From IMG/VR virus record IMGVR_UViG_3300037258_000514, positions 111,953 to 175,952 of that record: 64,000 bases of DNA. One strand, written 5' to 3'. The notes beneath the pieces are model-generated. The model saw only the letters and a list, made by a program, of their open reading frames with translations, did not search any database and had not been told where the DNA came from. How positions within the stretch are numbered: the stretch's first letter is position 1; each line of letters begins with the position of its first letter. Below, in pieces: positions 39,720-50,501 of the stretch. A program made the translations under genes and the position numbers. Origin of the DNA: a virus.

Positions 39720-40529
39720 ATGAGTGAATCTCAATATCATTCCTCAGGTTGTATTTGTGCTCCTTGTTGTCAACGTCGCGAAGACTTTGGTTCAAACGGA
39801 GATGCAACTACTCCAGGATTTTTTATCCCTACTACGATAACTTCCCCTGAAGCTGAAATGGGTCGTCCGTGTATATTACTAAATAGAGAAAATTATGCTA
39901 CTGCAGAAGAAGTGTTGCAATTAAATCCCTCCTCAGAATCAGAACCTTTACCATGCGCTTCTGAGTTAGTTAGCGTTGAAGAAGAAAGAAGAATAGTTTG
40001 CACTAGTTGTAATAGAAGAGTTGCTCGTAAAGGAAGCACATTTTGTAGTAGATGCACTCAGAAAGGAACCTTTAATAAACTTCGCGATATACTCCCAGGC
40101 ATTGAAATTCCAAGAGAAGAACAACACGAAGTTATTCATCATCGTCCTGTTGAAAATACTGTTACGGTCACAGAACTTAATGGTAAACTAATATATACAA
40201 GAAAACAAGTTGCAGAGATGTTAGGCACGAGTCAGACATCTATATGTAGATGGGAGAAAAAAGGAGTTGTTCGTCCACCTGTCCGTCATGTTGCGAGTGG
40301 ACAACTGATCTATACAGAAGAGCATGTGCAAGAGCTTAGAGAATATAGGAATAAGGTGGAGATTGTTTATCATGCTCCTGTAGATCCAACAAAACCTGAA
40401 TCTCAACAGAAAGAAGCAGCAAAGTCAATTGGCAGAAAGTCGTTCAGTATTGGAAGAGGATTAGAGCGGGCAGTTGCTTCTAGGTTAGGACGCTTATCTT
40501 TAATCCCTGGTGGCAATCTCTTAAAATAA
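39720..40529 (+). CDS. MerR-like HTH protein with Zn-finger
   Basis: YTRKQVAEMLGTSQTSICRWEKKG...YTEEHVQEL. Confidence 0.75.
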   Translation: MSESQYHSSGCICAPCCQRREDFGSNGDATTPGFFIPTTITSPEAEMGRPCILLNRENYATAEEVLQLNPSSESEPLPCASELVSVEEERRIVCTSCNRRVARKGSTFCSRCTQKGTFNKLRDILPGIEIPREEQHEVIHHRPVENTVTVTELNGKLIYTRKQVAEMLGTSQTSICRWEKKGVVRPPVRHVASGQLIYTEEHVQELREYRNKVEIVYHAPVDPTKPESQQKEAAKSIGRKSFSIGRGLERAVASRLGRLSLIPGGNLLK

Positions 40530-40569
40530 CGGTTAGCTAAGTAGTTTGGTATATGCACCTTTATGAAAA

Positions 40570-41343
40570 ATGGCTGACTTAGATATTTGTTCGCACGATG
40601 CTCCGGGACAAGAACAGAATGCGCTGTGTATTCGCTGCGGCAAGATTTTAGGTAAACTTCCTCAAACTCCAATATCAACGGAATTTGACTGGCGCGATAT
40701 TCCAGTTTATATTCTCAATAGAAATAATCTGGATAGAGGATTTCGTGATCTTGTTTCTTGGTTAAGTGCAACAGGAACACGTTACATAGAAGTATTGGAT
40801 AATGATTCTTCTTACCCTCCCCTCCTTCAATATTACAACGTCTGTCCTGCAACAAAAATAACGATGCTAAAGGAAAACTTAGGTCCGTATGTGTTTTGGA
40901 GTAGTCAACGTCACCTACAAACAGAGACTCCTTACGTCATAACTGATCCTGATGTTGTTCCTGATAAAGAGTGTCCTCACGATCTAATTAAAAAGATGTT
41001 AGATGTTTTTATGCGTTACAGTCCTACATGTTTAAAAGTGGGTCCAGGATTAAGGATAGATAATTTACCAAATAACTATAGCAGAAAGAATGAAGTCATC
41101 GCGCATGAAAAACAATTCTATGCCGAATTAATGCCTGAAAAAGATGTTTATAAGGCAGCAATAGATACAACATTTGCGATGTACTGGACAAGGCAGGATA
41201 ACTCTGCATGGTATAATCATTACAGGTTAGCTCCTCCTTACGTAGTAGAACATCGTCCGTGGTACATAAATAGTGCTCAAAGAACAGATGAGGATGAGTT
41301 CTACGCTGCACGCTGCGAAGCTTGGTCTTATTGGAGAAGATAG
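40570..41343 (+). CDS. GT-A fold glycosyltransferase-like protein
   Basis: LDNDSSYPPLL...ENLG...YVITDPD...AAIDTTFA. Confidence 0.75.
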   Translation: MADLDICSHDAPGQEQNALCIRCGKILGKLPQTPISTEFDWRDIPVYILNRNNLDRGFRDLVSWLSATGTRYIEVLDNDSSYPPLLQYYNVCPATKITMLKENLGPYVFWSSQRHLQTETPYVITDPDVVPDKECPHDLIKKMLDVFMRYSPTCLKVGPGLRIDNLPNNYSRKNEVIAHEKQFYAELMPEKDVYKAAIDTTFAMYWTRQDNSAWYNHYRLAPPYVVEHRPWYINSAQRTDEDEFYAARCEAWSYWRR

Positions 41344-42011
41344 TGATCTCAATCATATTCCCCACACGCAATCGCCCCGATAATGTTAGAAGAATGGTTA
41401 AGTCTGCTGTTGGGACAGCATCTGTAACAAGAAATTTAGAATTTATCATCTATGCAGACAGCGATGATCCTCAATCTGTGGAAGTAGCTAGAGAATTAGG
41501 AATTAAAGTAGTTAGTGGTCCAAGAAAAATACTTTCTGATTGCTATAACGATTGTCTCATCTTAGCTGACGGTGAAATCTTTATGTTTGCTGGTGACGAT
41601 CTTATTTTTCGCACATCCGGATGGGATAACATGGTTATTCGTGAATTCAATAAATACTTAGACGGTATTCTTTTTGTTCATGGTGATGATGGATATTGGG
41701 GAGGACAGTTAGGGACTCACGGATTTGTTAGTAAGCATTGGATCAAAGCTGTAGGTTACTTAACTCCGCCATACTTTTCCTGCGATATGACCGATATGTG
41801 GATAACAACTGTTGCCGATCAGTTGCGAAGACGTAGTTACTTACCATTCTTAATTGAACATATGCATCCTGCTTTTGGTAAGGCTGAGTTGGATACTACA
41901 CACGAAGAACGTATCGCCCGCGGTGAGCGCGATAATGTACAACGTCTTTACAAAGAACTCACACCACAACGCCAACAGGATGTAGAAAAGTTAAGAAGAT
42001 TTATGCACTAA
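41343..42011 (+). CDS. GT2 glycosyltransferase
   Basis: ISIIFPTRNRP...YADSDD...GDD...WD...EHMH; GTG 41343 preferred. Confidence 0.85.
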   Translation: MISIIFPTRNRPDNVRRMVKSAVGTASVTRNLEFIIYADSDDPQSVEVARELGIKVVSGPRKILSDCYNDCLILADGEIFMFAGDDLIFRTSGWDNMVIREFNKYLDGILFVHGDDGYWGGQLGTHGFVSKHWIKAVGYLTPPYFSCDMTDMWITTVADQLRRRSYLPFLIEHMHPAFGKAELDTTHEERIARGERDNVQRLYKELTPQRQQDVEKLRRFMH

Positions 42012-42044
42012 CCAAAAATAGTTCGTCTTTCCTATAAAAACTAC

Positions 42045-42073
42045 TTGACTTTGTTTTAACCATATATTATAAC
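42045..42073 (+). promoter_or_regulatory. sigma70-type promoter of the packaging operon
   Basis: TTGACT-17-TATAAC. Confidence 0.6.
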
Positions 42074-42118
42074 TTGCCCAAAGGGAAGAATGAATAAGTT
42101 ATCATTCTTTTAGGTACG

Positions 42119-42802
42119 ATGGGCGCGCTACCTCAAATTACTCAACAATTACCTCTGCGCCAATTAGAAACTCCTCAAACTTCTTCAGTTCAATCCACGG
42201 AAGAATTACCAAATCTCACGCGCAAGCAAAAGAAGTATATCGAAAAAAGAGTTGAAGGTTTATCCCCTTCAAAAGCAGCGGTAGCTGCGGGTTATTCACC
42301 ATCAGTAGCAAATGTTGCTTGGACATCGATTGAGAGTAATTCATTAGTTAAGAAAGAAATTAATCGAAGAGTATCAGAAGTTTTTAGAGGGATGGAACTT
42401 GAAACAAGTAATATCATAGATGGAATTAGACACTGCGCTGAGTGGAACATTCTAGATTACGTCGAACGAGACCCCGAAAATCCTAATAAAGTTTATTTCG
42501 ATCTTAGGAATGTCTCGCGTGCGCAAGCTGAGGCTATTCAAAGTGTTGGTTATGATTCTGAAGGAAGATTAAAGGTAACGCTTACAGATAAGAAAGCTTA
42601 TAAAGAGCTGTTATTTAAAGCAAAGAGAATCGGTGAATCAGATTCAAAACACCCAATGGGTGTGGATGGAGCTCCACTTACTATTTCAGCACTCGACGCC
42701 ATTGTATCGCAGTATAGAAGCGTAACAATTCATAATACAACGATTAACGTAACAGGTAAAGAAAAAGAAGTAGAAGTACCCTTCACAATTGACGCTCAGT
42801 AA
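42119..42802 (+). CDS. terS: terminase small subunit
   Basis: LTRKQKKY...AAVAAGYS; upstream of terL. Confidence 0.8.
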   Translation: MGALPQITQQLPLRQLETPQTSSVQSTEELPNLTRKQKKYIEKRVEGLSPSKAAVAAGYSPSVANVAWTSIESNSLVKKEINRRVSEVFRGMELETSNIIDGIRHCAEWNILDYVERDPENPNKVYFDLRNVSRAQAEAIQSVGYDSEGRLKVTLTDKKAYKELLFKAKRIGESDSKHPMGVDGAPLTISALDAIVSQYRSVTIHNTTINVTGKEKEVEVPFTIDAQ

Positions 42803-42879
42803 ATTTAGTTGGCCGGTGGTTGCCCGGCAACCAAAGCACATTTTGTCGAAAGACAGATATAGAGCTACATCTTCTTACA

Positions 42880-43314
42880 ATGCTAACAATAATTAATCAA
42901 ACGCGCCAAGAAAGCGCTTCAAGAGAAATTGTACCAGCATACTATCAGAATCAGGACGATACAACTAAACCCTGTCAACTGTTAACGCGCGCTGATGCTC
43001 GAATAGCTAAGAAAATGAACAAAGGGCGTTTTATTTGCAATGGAAAGAAATTTCGTTTTCATGATCAAGCCCCCGTTGCGTTAGTAGAAGTTTTACAAAA
43101 ACCTTCGATTAATTCTTGCTGCGGTATTTCTAAACGGGAAATGCTTGCGAATAACGAAATACCTGTAGCATTGAATATATCGCCCTTAGAGATAATGAAA
43201 GCAAAAGAAAAAGTTAAAGCTTATCCATTTGTCCATGATACACGAGCAGTTTTAGCTTTCGGATCTTGGAGAAGTTTTACTCCGCAAAATACTAGAATAC
43301 AATTAATTAAGTAA
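42880..43314 (+). CDS. hypothetical protein
   Basis: Between terS and terL, TAATG coupling; start uncertain. Confidence 0.55.
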   Translation: MLTIINQTRQESASREIVPAYYQNQDDTTKPCQLLTRADARIAKKMNKGRFICNGKKFRFHDQAPVALVEVLQKPSINSCCGISKREMLANNEIPVALNISPLEIMKAKEKVKAYPFVHDTRAVLAFGSWRSFTPQNTRIQLIK

Positions 43315-45086
43315 TGTCTAACGATCTTCTTGCATATAGTAATACAGCTATTCAATCAGCAATCCTAAATTCTAGCATCCCTCATGTAAATGTTGCACAA
43401 GCACTTGATGAGCCGGATTTGTTTGCTGAATACTTTTTACAAACGGATCTATGGGATATTCAAAGAAAGATCCTTCAAGCCTTAAAGAAAAGTAGAAGAG
43501 TAGCAGTAAAGGCATGTCACGCTAGTTCAAAAACATATACTGCTGCAAGGGCTTTACTTTGGTTTTTAGCATCATTTGAGAAATCAACTGTAGTTACAAC
43601 AGCACCGACCTGGATTCAGGTTGAGAAATTGTTATGGGGTGAGGTTCATTCGGCTTTAACTAAGAGCCGATATCCATTTCCAAAACCTCTTAAGACTGAG
43701 TTAAGTTTTGCACCTGAATTTCCTAAACGTGAAGCTTATGGTCTTTCCACATCCGTTACAAACCAGGATGAAGGCGTAAAGTTTCAAGGTATTCACAACG
43801 ATCACGTTTTAATTATTCTAGACGAAGCTCCTGGTGTTGAGCCGAAGATTTGGCAGGCTGTCGATGCTGCCATGTCAGCAGGTAATGCAAAGGTTTTAGC
43901 AATTGGTAATCCGACGTGGTCTTCAGGACCCTTTCATGATGCTTTCACAAAAGCCCGGTTTGCTTGGAATTGTTTTACAATTAATGCTTTTGATACACCT
44001 AATTTTGTAGATATTCCGCACACGGCTCCTTTTCCGGTTAAAGATAACTTAGTAGATAAAGATGGTAAAGTAATTGAAGGTTCCAGACTTGATAATTTAC
44101 TAAAGATCGGAAAAGAAAACGATGCTTTCTTGGATGCTGACGAATTTGTTCGCCCTTACTTAACCAGAAGGAGATGGGTTTACGAACTGTATTATACATG
44201 CGGTCCCGGACATCCATATTGGGAAGCTCGTGTACTCGGAGAATTTCCAAAGCAAGATGAATTTGCTCTTATTAGTTTAGATTGGCTTGAAAAAGCCAAA
44301 GTACGTGAATTAAACGGTACAGGTAAGGTTAGTGCTGGGATAGACGTAGCCGGCGGTGGATCTGCAGAAACAGTTTTATGTGTTCGTAGAGGTCCACAGA
44401 TAATCGAACTTAAATTTTGGCCTATAAGCGATCCTCGCGGCGAGATTGTCGCTGTTCTTAACAAGTATAGAGGAGAACTTCAATCAGTAAATGTTGACTC
44501 TATAGGTGTTGGATATTATCTTTACAAACATCTAGAAGAGATAGGTTTTCCAGCGAATCCAATTATTGCTCAAGCTACAAGCTCCGACTCAGAAAAATAT
44601 CGCACATTAAAAGATGAATTCTACTGGGGATTAAGACTACGCCTTGAGCAAGGTGATTTTAGTGGATTGGATGATGAGACCACAATCGGACAACTGGCTG
44701 GAATTAGATATAAACATAATTCCAGAGGACAGGTAGAAATAGAATCAAAGGATGAAGCAAAGAAACGAGGAGTTCCGTCACCGGATAGAGCTGAAGCAGT
44801 AATGCTTGCTTTCGGAACTCATCAAGTTTGCTACGGAGTACTTGACGCTCAACGACAAGAGAAGATGCAAATGGAAAAAGTACAATCATCGGTAATGATT
44901 AAACCAACAACATCAGACAGTCAACTCAGCTGTCCTGAATGCCAAGCTATTTGTATAGCTCCTTGTCAAGGAGGATGGCGGTGTGGACAGTGCGGACATC
45001 AATGGAATTCAAAGCCTAATGTTATCTCTCCTCAAACGAGAGGAGACTACTTGGCAAAAGCTGAAGTAGCAAAATCAAGGTTATGA
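43314..45086 (+). CDS. terL: terminase large subunit with C-terminal Zn ribbon
   Basis: ACHASSKT, TAPT..Q, ILDEA, IGNP, GIDVA, SPDRAEA. Confidence 0.92.
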   Translation: MSNDLLAYSNTAIQSAILNSSIPHVNVAQALDEPDLFAEYFLQTDLWDIQRKILQALKKSRRVAVKACHASSKTYTAARALLWFLASFEKSTVVTTAPTWIQVEKLLWGEVHSALTKSRYPFPKPLKTELSFAPEFPKREAYGLSTSVTNQDEGVKFQGIHNDHVLIILDEAPGVEPKIWQAVDAAMSAGNAKVLAIGNPTWSSGPFHDAFTKARFAWNCFTINAFDTPNFVDIPHTAPFPVKDNLVDKDGKVIEGSRLDNLLKIGKENDAFLDADEFVRPYLTRRRWVYELYYTCGPGHPYWEARVLGEFPKQDEFALISLDWLEKAKVRELNGTGKVSAGIDVAGGGSAETVLCVRRGPQIIELKFWPISDPRGEIVAVLNKYRGELQSVNVDSIGVGYYLYKHLEEIGFPANPIIAQATSSDSEKYRTLKDEFYWGLRLRLEQGDFSGLDDETTIGQLAGIRYKHNSRGQVEIESKDEAKKRGVPSPDRAEAVMLAFGTHQVCYGVLDAQRQEKMQMEKVQSSVMIKPTTSDSQLSCPECQAICIAPCQGGWRCGQCGHQWNSKPNVISPQTRGDYLAKAEVAKSRL

Positions 45087-45221
45087 ATATCCTAACTGAA
45101 CGTTCTCCAATCAGACCTTTAGAACCGCCATATTGTTATGCGCATTCTCAGAAAGCACCTTGTATGGAATGTTTGCGTATAGAAATTGCTCTCCTCGTAA
45201 ATCAGTCAAACAAAAATAACG

Positions 45222-45875
45222 ATGCAATTATATTCTTTACAGATGCCGACTCTAACTCAAACTAGTGTAGTAAAGATTAATAAAGATATTCTTAACGTTA
45301 ATCTTACCCCGTATAGAGAATATTTGTCATGGAACACTGCTGCTGAGAAATGGTTCGTTGAAGAAACGCAATACAAGTTACTTAACTTTGTAGCAAAACA
45401 AATTGCATTATTTCCTCATATTATAGAAACTTCGCCCTATATAGCAGATTTAGGAACTCTATATGGAGCATCTGCTCTAGCGCTCGGAGCAGATAATCCT
45501 CATTCATATATTAGAACATACGATATTATAAATCACATTCCTGCCGGCGAACTTTCATGTAAAGATCTTGGAAATATTGCAGTTGTTCATGCTGATTGCT
45601 TACTTCACATAAATGAATTTACAGATGCTGATTTAATCCACTTAGACATTGATCCGCATGATGGTATTCAGGAACAGAGGCTTTTAGACCTACTTATCCG
45701 TAACGATTTTAAAGGCTTACTTATTTGCGATGATATTCACCTTTCAGCATCAATGGAAAGTTTTTGGGATAGAATCAATCTGAAGAAGTTTGATATTACG
45801 CACTTAGGACATTGGTCTGGAACAGGAATAGTTGTATTTAACGATAAAGTACTTGATGTTGAAATAGAGAAATGA
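45222..45875 (+). CDS. class I SAM-dependent methyltransferase-like protein
   Basis: DLGTLYGASAL...IHLDIDPHDG...ICDDI...GHWSGTG. Confidence 0.75.
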   Translation: MQLYSLQMPTLTQTSVVKINKDILNVNLTPYREYLSWNTAAEKWFVEETQYKLLNFVAKQIALFPHIIETSPYIADLGTLYGASALALGADNPHSYIRTYDIINHIPAGELSCKDLGNIAVVHADCLLHINEFTDADLIHLDIDPHDGIQEQRLLDLLIRNDFKGLLICDDIHLSASMESFWDRINLKKFDITHLGHWSGTGIVVFNDKVLDVEIEK

Positions 45876-46513
45876 GTTCATCAAAAGCATCAATAGTATC
45901 CATCTACATGGATAACATTCCTGTAGATGTTGTTGAATATCAACGAAGATGTGTAACTAAATTTCTTCCTGAAGGTTGGATATTTACACAGTATAAACAT
46001 ACAACAGGAAATTATTCACATCCAGCGGCACTTGAAAAGTGTTTAGCTAATTGTGAAACAGATGTCGTAGTTTTTCTTGATATTGATTGTATACCGCTTA
46101 ACAAACAAGCTTTAATTACACTCGAAGATAGAGCAAGCAAAGGTATACTAGTAGGTGCCGTTCAAAGAGCAAATCATCTTCAAAACGACGAGCATATTTA
46201 TGTTGGACCATCGTGTCTAGCTTTTTCAAGATCGAAATACTATGATCTTGGAAGTCCGTCGTTTCACGAGACGTTAAGAGGCGACGTTGGAGAAGAACTT
46301 ACTTACAGATGGCAGGAAAGTGGTGCTCCTGTTTTCTTCTTATGGCCTACAAATGTTCAGCGCCCGATGTGGTTATTGAATAATAGACAAAGTTTTGGTT
46401 ACGGCACGACGTTCGGAAATATGTTTTATCACGCATTTTGTATTCGCGAGAATACAACGTATTTCATATCAAAATGTATTGAGATTTTAAATTCGAAGAA
46501 GGAGATGGTATGA
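45872..46513 (+). CDS. GT-A fold glycosyltransferase-like protein
   Basis: VFLDIDCIP (DxD). Confidence 0.7.
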   Translation: MSSSKASIVSIYMDNIPVDVVEYQRRCVTKFLPEGWIFTQYKHTTGNYSHPAALEKCLANCETDVVVFLDIDCIPLNKQALITLEDRASKGILVGAVQRANHLQNDEHIYVGPSCLAFSRSKYYDLGSPSFHETLRGDVGEELTYRWQESGAPVFFLWPTNVQRPMWLLNNRQSFGYGTTFGNMFYHAFCIRENTTYFISKCIEILNSKKEMV

Positions 46514-48129
46514 GCAATAGACCTGTCACTATTGTTGCGTTAACGAAGTACGCAGAAGTATTAAAAGGGTTTGTAGAATCAGTAGAAAAATTCTGTCCCG
46601 GTATTCCAAGAATATTAGTAACAGACGGACTTCACTATGAAAAAGCATTTAATATTAATGCTTCTCAAGTTACAGGCGTTTGGAATTTTATCCCCGGACC
46701 AGAGAAGTTCTCGATGGCCGGGAACGGAAACCTAGGCTTAAAAGCCGTTCCTAACGATCATGATATTCTATATTGTGGTGATGATATAAGATTCTTGGAA
46801 GAGAATACAATAGAACGGCTGCAAGAAATTGCTTATAAAGACGAGACTGTTGGTCTTCTATCGCCTAGACTTATGGGACGAGCAAGTCCAACACTTGCAA
46901 ATCCGAAATTTGAAATTACATTTGTTAGACCGCTTGAGATGTGGTTCCCTTGTATTTATATCAAGCGTGAAGTTTTAAATAAAGTTGGTTATTTAGATGA
47001 ACGGTTTTCGGATTTTGGTTCAGATGATTTAGACTATTGTATTCGCACGCTACTTGCAGGATATTCGCTAGCAGCGACGCCTCGTGTTGTTGTTCAACAT
47101 GACGCAAGTCCTGAGGGCGGCCCCACAACATTTGTTAAGAACATTGGGATGGATAAGTGGGTTGCGCAAGAAAAAGAATCCTATGCGAAAATTAAAAACA
47201 AGTATGGTGTAGATACAAAAACATTTAATGAATTTCTTTCGACGGGTAATCTAGAACTTCTAAAGACAAATGCTGTTGCTCAGATGCAAATTCCTGATGC
47301 TGTCAAGGAAAAGGCACGTGAAAATATAAAAGGACGTAGTTTGTACATAGCCACCCCTGCTTATGGTGGTATTATGACTACAAACTATGTGGAGTCTTTA
47401 TTAGGACTTCTTAACCTTTGTACTAACATGGGTATTTTTTACGAACTTGGGTTTGTTCGCAATGAGAGTCTTATTACGCGCGCACGTAATAAGATGGTAG
47501 ATGGTTTCATGCGCAAGAGTAAATGCACTGATTTTGTGTTTATCGATGCTGATATAGGTTTTGATCCGCGCGGTGTTCTTTCACTTCTTCTTTATAATGA
47601 GGGTGTGATTGGAGCGCCCTGCGTTAGAAAGAATTTGCGTCTAGATAGAGTCGTAAGAGCTGCACGAAGCAATCCTGATAAGAACTATACGCAGGATGAA
47701 CTTGAATTACTATGCGGTGAATTTGTACTTAACTTTCATCCTGATAACACGCCTTCTTCAATTCAACTCGGGTGTTTACTTGAAGTGAAAGATAGTGGCA
47801 CAGGAATTATGCGGATTAGGCGCGAAGTGTTTGAAAAATTTAGAGAACATTACCCTGAGAAAATGTATGAACCCGCTCATGGTGAAGATGGCGATCCAAT
47901 CTCGCCTATGTGCATGTATTTCCAAGCTGACCTTGATCCGGATAGTGCTAAATACACTACCAGTGGTCTACCTATTTATATTAGTGAGGATTATGGTTTC
48001 TGTCGCGATTGTCGTAATATGGGAACTAAAATTTACATCGCGCCTTGGATAAATACAACGCACATGGGTAGTTATTTGTTTAGAGGTAATATGTCAAGTG
48101 TAAGTGCTGCTAAAGGTACAATAAGATAA
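46510..48129 (+). CDS. two-domain glycosyltransferase
   Basis: GT2 domain (GDD, LDERF..FGSDDLD) plus second GT-A domain (IATPAY, ESLITRARN, FIDAD, SEDYGFC). Confidence 0.85.
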   Translation: MSNRPVTIVALTKYAEVLKGFVESVEKFCPGIPRILVTDGLHYEKAFNINASQVTGVWNFIPGPEKFSMAGNGNLGLKAVPNDHDILYCGDDIRFLEENTIERLQEIAYKDETVGLLSPRLMGRASPTLANPKFEITFVRPLEMWFPCIYIKREVLNKVGYLDERFSDFGSDDLDYCIRTLLAGYSLAATPRVVVQHDASPEGGPTTFVKNIGMDKWVAQEKESYAKIKNKYGVDTKTFNEFLSTGNLELLKTNAVAQMQIPDAVKEKARENIKGRSLYIATPAYGGIMTTNYVESLLGLLNLCTNMGIFYELGFVRNESLITRARNKMVDGFMRKSKCTDFVFIDADIGFDPRGVLSLLLYNEGVIGAPCVRKNLRLDRVVRAARSNPDKNYTQDELELLCGEFVLNFHPDNTPSSIQLGCLLEVKDSGTGIMRIRREVFEKFREHYPEKMYEPAHGEDGDPISPMCMYFQADLDPDSAKYTTSGLPIYISEDYGFCRDCRNMGTKIYIAPWINTTHMGSYLFRGNMSSVSAAKGTIR

Positions 48130-48640
48130 TGTCTGCTACGGATATTATTTTTGCGCCTGTTGGTTGGATAGCTTGGATTCTTTCACTGCCTGTTGAAATA
48201 TTTTCTTTCATCGTAAAAAAGGTAAGGAAGCCTTACGATCCTGAGCGAGAAGTATGCTATGCCTGTGGTTTTAAAGGTGATGCGGGAACAGATAGAAAAT
48301 CTTGTGTTATATGGTTCGACGATAGTGTACAAGGTGGTCCTGCTCTACGACATGATTGTTTTCGTTGCGGAGCGCGTCATTGGACCAAACTTTTTGTGCC
48401 TGCAGGTAAGTGGTATAGAAGCCCGCTACCGTCACCGCCTGAGGGAGAAAAATAATGGCTGCATGGCAAACATGTACATTTAAGCTTGTCGATAGTACAA
48501 CAGTTACGAAGACGCTCACATCGCTTGATGCAAATACACAACAGTTGTTTGTACAACAAATTCCTCGTAACGGTGGATTTTTTGATGATAGCGGCGTTTT
48601 CCATCCGAGTAGCGCAATAGTTTCAATTGTCTTAACATGA
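48129..48640 (+). other. two small genes (48129-48455 TM plus Zn ribbon; 48455-48640)
   Basis: TAATG coupling. Confidence 0.55.
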
Positions 48641-48682
48641 TAGTTTATCTATATCAAACTGAATCAATAACACTTTCATAAT

Positions 48683-50308
48683 ATGTCAAAGAGTCCACTT
48701 TTTGGTCCGGTTATTAGACAACTAGGGCCGCTAGTAAACGCTGTGAACAGCGCGAGAACCTCTATATATAAGCCTCCGCAGACAACAATCGCAGGCTTAG
48801 ATGATAGTGGAGCACTATGGCCTAACCCATTACAACCTGTTACGCCAATGGGGCCGCCAAAGGCTCAGCCACTTACATTTCCTTTTGAGTGGGGCAGAAA
48901 CATCATATTCACTCCGCGCGATGATGCGGAGTATTCAGCGGCAGAACTTCGTTATCTCTCTTCTTATCCTCTAGCCAGGATATGTATTGAAAATAACAAA
49001 GATATGATGACTAAGATGCCCTATCGTATCCAACTCAAACCTCTTCCTGGTGAAACAAGCAAGGCGAGAGCTGTAAGAGGAAAAAACGATAAAAACTTAC
49101 GCTGGCTAACTGATTTCTTTGCAAGACCTAATCCACGCCAAAATTGGCAAGAATTTTTAAGACGCGTTCTTGAAGATATGCTAGTTATAGATGCAGCTTC
49201 AATCTATATTGAACGCGATAAAGCGGGAAAGGTAATAGCGTTAGAGTGGATTGAAGGTGCGGGAATAACTTGTCTTGTAAATGAACGCGGTCTTCCTCCT
49301 CTACCACCAAGTCCCGCGTATCAGCAGTTATGGGAAGGCTATCCTAGATTAGACTTTACAACAGAACAGTTAATTTATCGACCAAGGAATATTGTTCCAA
49401 GGGGAACTCAATCTTCGTACTTGTATGGAATGTCGCCGACTGAACAAGTTGCAAAAGAGATAAAAATTGGAATGGCGCGCTTACAATTTATCTGGGATTT
49501 TTACAGAGAAGGATCAATTCCTGGAATGATTCATTTCGTGCCTCCCGGTATTTCTGTTACAAAGATCCAGGAAGCACAACAATATCTTGATGCAGCGTAT
49601 AGTGGCAATCTTGCTAAGCGGAGGAAACTACAACTTATTCAAGGGTGGCAAGAAAATGGTCACACAGAACAAGTATTACAACCAAAAGAGCCTGTACTTG
49701 CGGACGCCTATGATGAAACGCACACCAGAAAAATTTGTTTTGCTTATGGGACCAGTCCACAACGTTTGATGCGCCAAATGAATAGAGCTTCTGCTGAACA
49801 GGCTCAGGTTGCAGCTGAAGAAGAGGGAACACTTCCTTGGATGGAATGGTTAAAAGGTTTAGTAGATACACTTATTCAACAGGTTTTAGCGTTACCTGAT
49901 TATGAGTTTGTATTTGATCCATTTCATGAAATGGATCGAGTAAAGCAATCTACTGCTGATGAGAAAGATGTTGATAATGGGATTTACACGAGAAATGAGA
50001 TCCGCGAACGAAGAGGCGATGATCCTCGACCTGAAGCTGCTGCCGATCAACTCGGCGTAAAGACAGCTCAAGGCGTAATACCTTTAGGACAGATTTTGCA
50101 ACCTACAACTGCTGCTGGTACAGGGAAAGGACCATTTCCGGCAGCAAAGTCTCTTACAGCGTCTGTAGAGAAAACTAATGGACATACAACATGGGCTACA
50201 TGCGAACAGCATCGGGGAAGCTATCCTAGAACACATTGTAGAAATTGTGTTCAAGCTGAACTATCAAGATTAAATCTTTCTGCAGGATCTTACGATATCC
50301 ATATCTAA
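48683..50308 (+). CDS. portal protein
   Basis: RPNP...LEDMLVIDA...YGMSP...TRNEIRE. Confidence 0.9.
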   Translation: MSKSPLFGPVIRQLGPLVNAVNSARTSIYKPPQTTIAGLDDSGALWPNPLQPVTPMGPPKAQPLTFPFEWGRNIIFTPRDDAEYSAAELRYLSSYPLARICIENNKDMMTKMPYRIQLKPLPGETSKARAVRGKNDKNLRWLTDFFARPNPRQNWQEFLRRVLEDMLVIDAASIYIERDKAGKVIALEWIEGAGITCLVNERGLPPLPPSPAYQQLWEGYPRLDFTTEQLIYRPRNIVPRGTQSSYLYGMSPTEQVAKEIKIGMARLQFIWDFYREGSIPGMIHFVPPGISVTKIQEAQQYLDAAYSGNLAKRRKLQLIQGWQENGHTEQVLQPKEPVLADAYDETHTRKICFAYGTSPQRLMRQMNRASAEQAQVAAEEEGTLPWMEWLKGLVDTLIQQVLALPDYEFVFDPFHEMDRVKQSTADEKDVDNGIYTRNEIRERRGDDPRPEAAADQLGVKTAQGVIPLGQILQPTTAAGTGKGPFPAAKSLTASVEKTNGHTTWATCEQHRGSYPRTHCRNCVQAELSRLNLSAGSYDIHI

Positions 50309-50309
50309 T

Positions 50310-50501
50310 ATGGCTTTTCCTTCGCCCGATGAACTTATTGCAGCAGGATGTAAAGTTGTTCGTGTTGGTAATAGAGAAATTATAACTGGTCCATCAGAAT
50401 TGCTTCGTCAGCTTATGAATGTGAAAAGTCCGAATGAAACGATGAAGAAAAGTTTAGATGCAGGTTTTGAAGAATTTATGAATGAAATAGGTGTTAAGTA
50501 G
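50310..50501 (+). CDS. hypothetical protein
   Basis: Fills the operon gap. Confidence 0.55.
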   Translation: MAFPSPDELIAAGCKVVRVGNREIITGPSELLRQLMNVKSPNETMKKSLDAGFEEFMNEIGVK

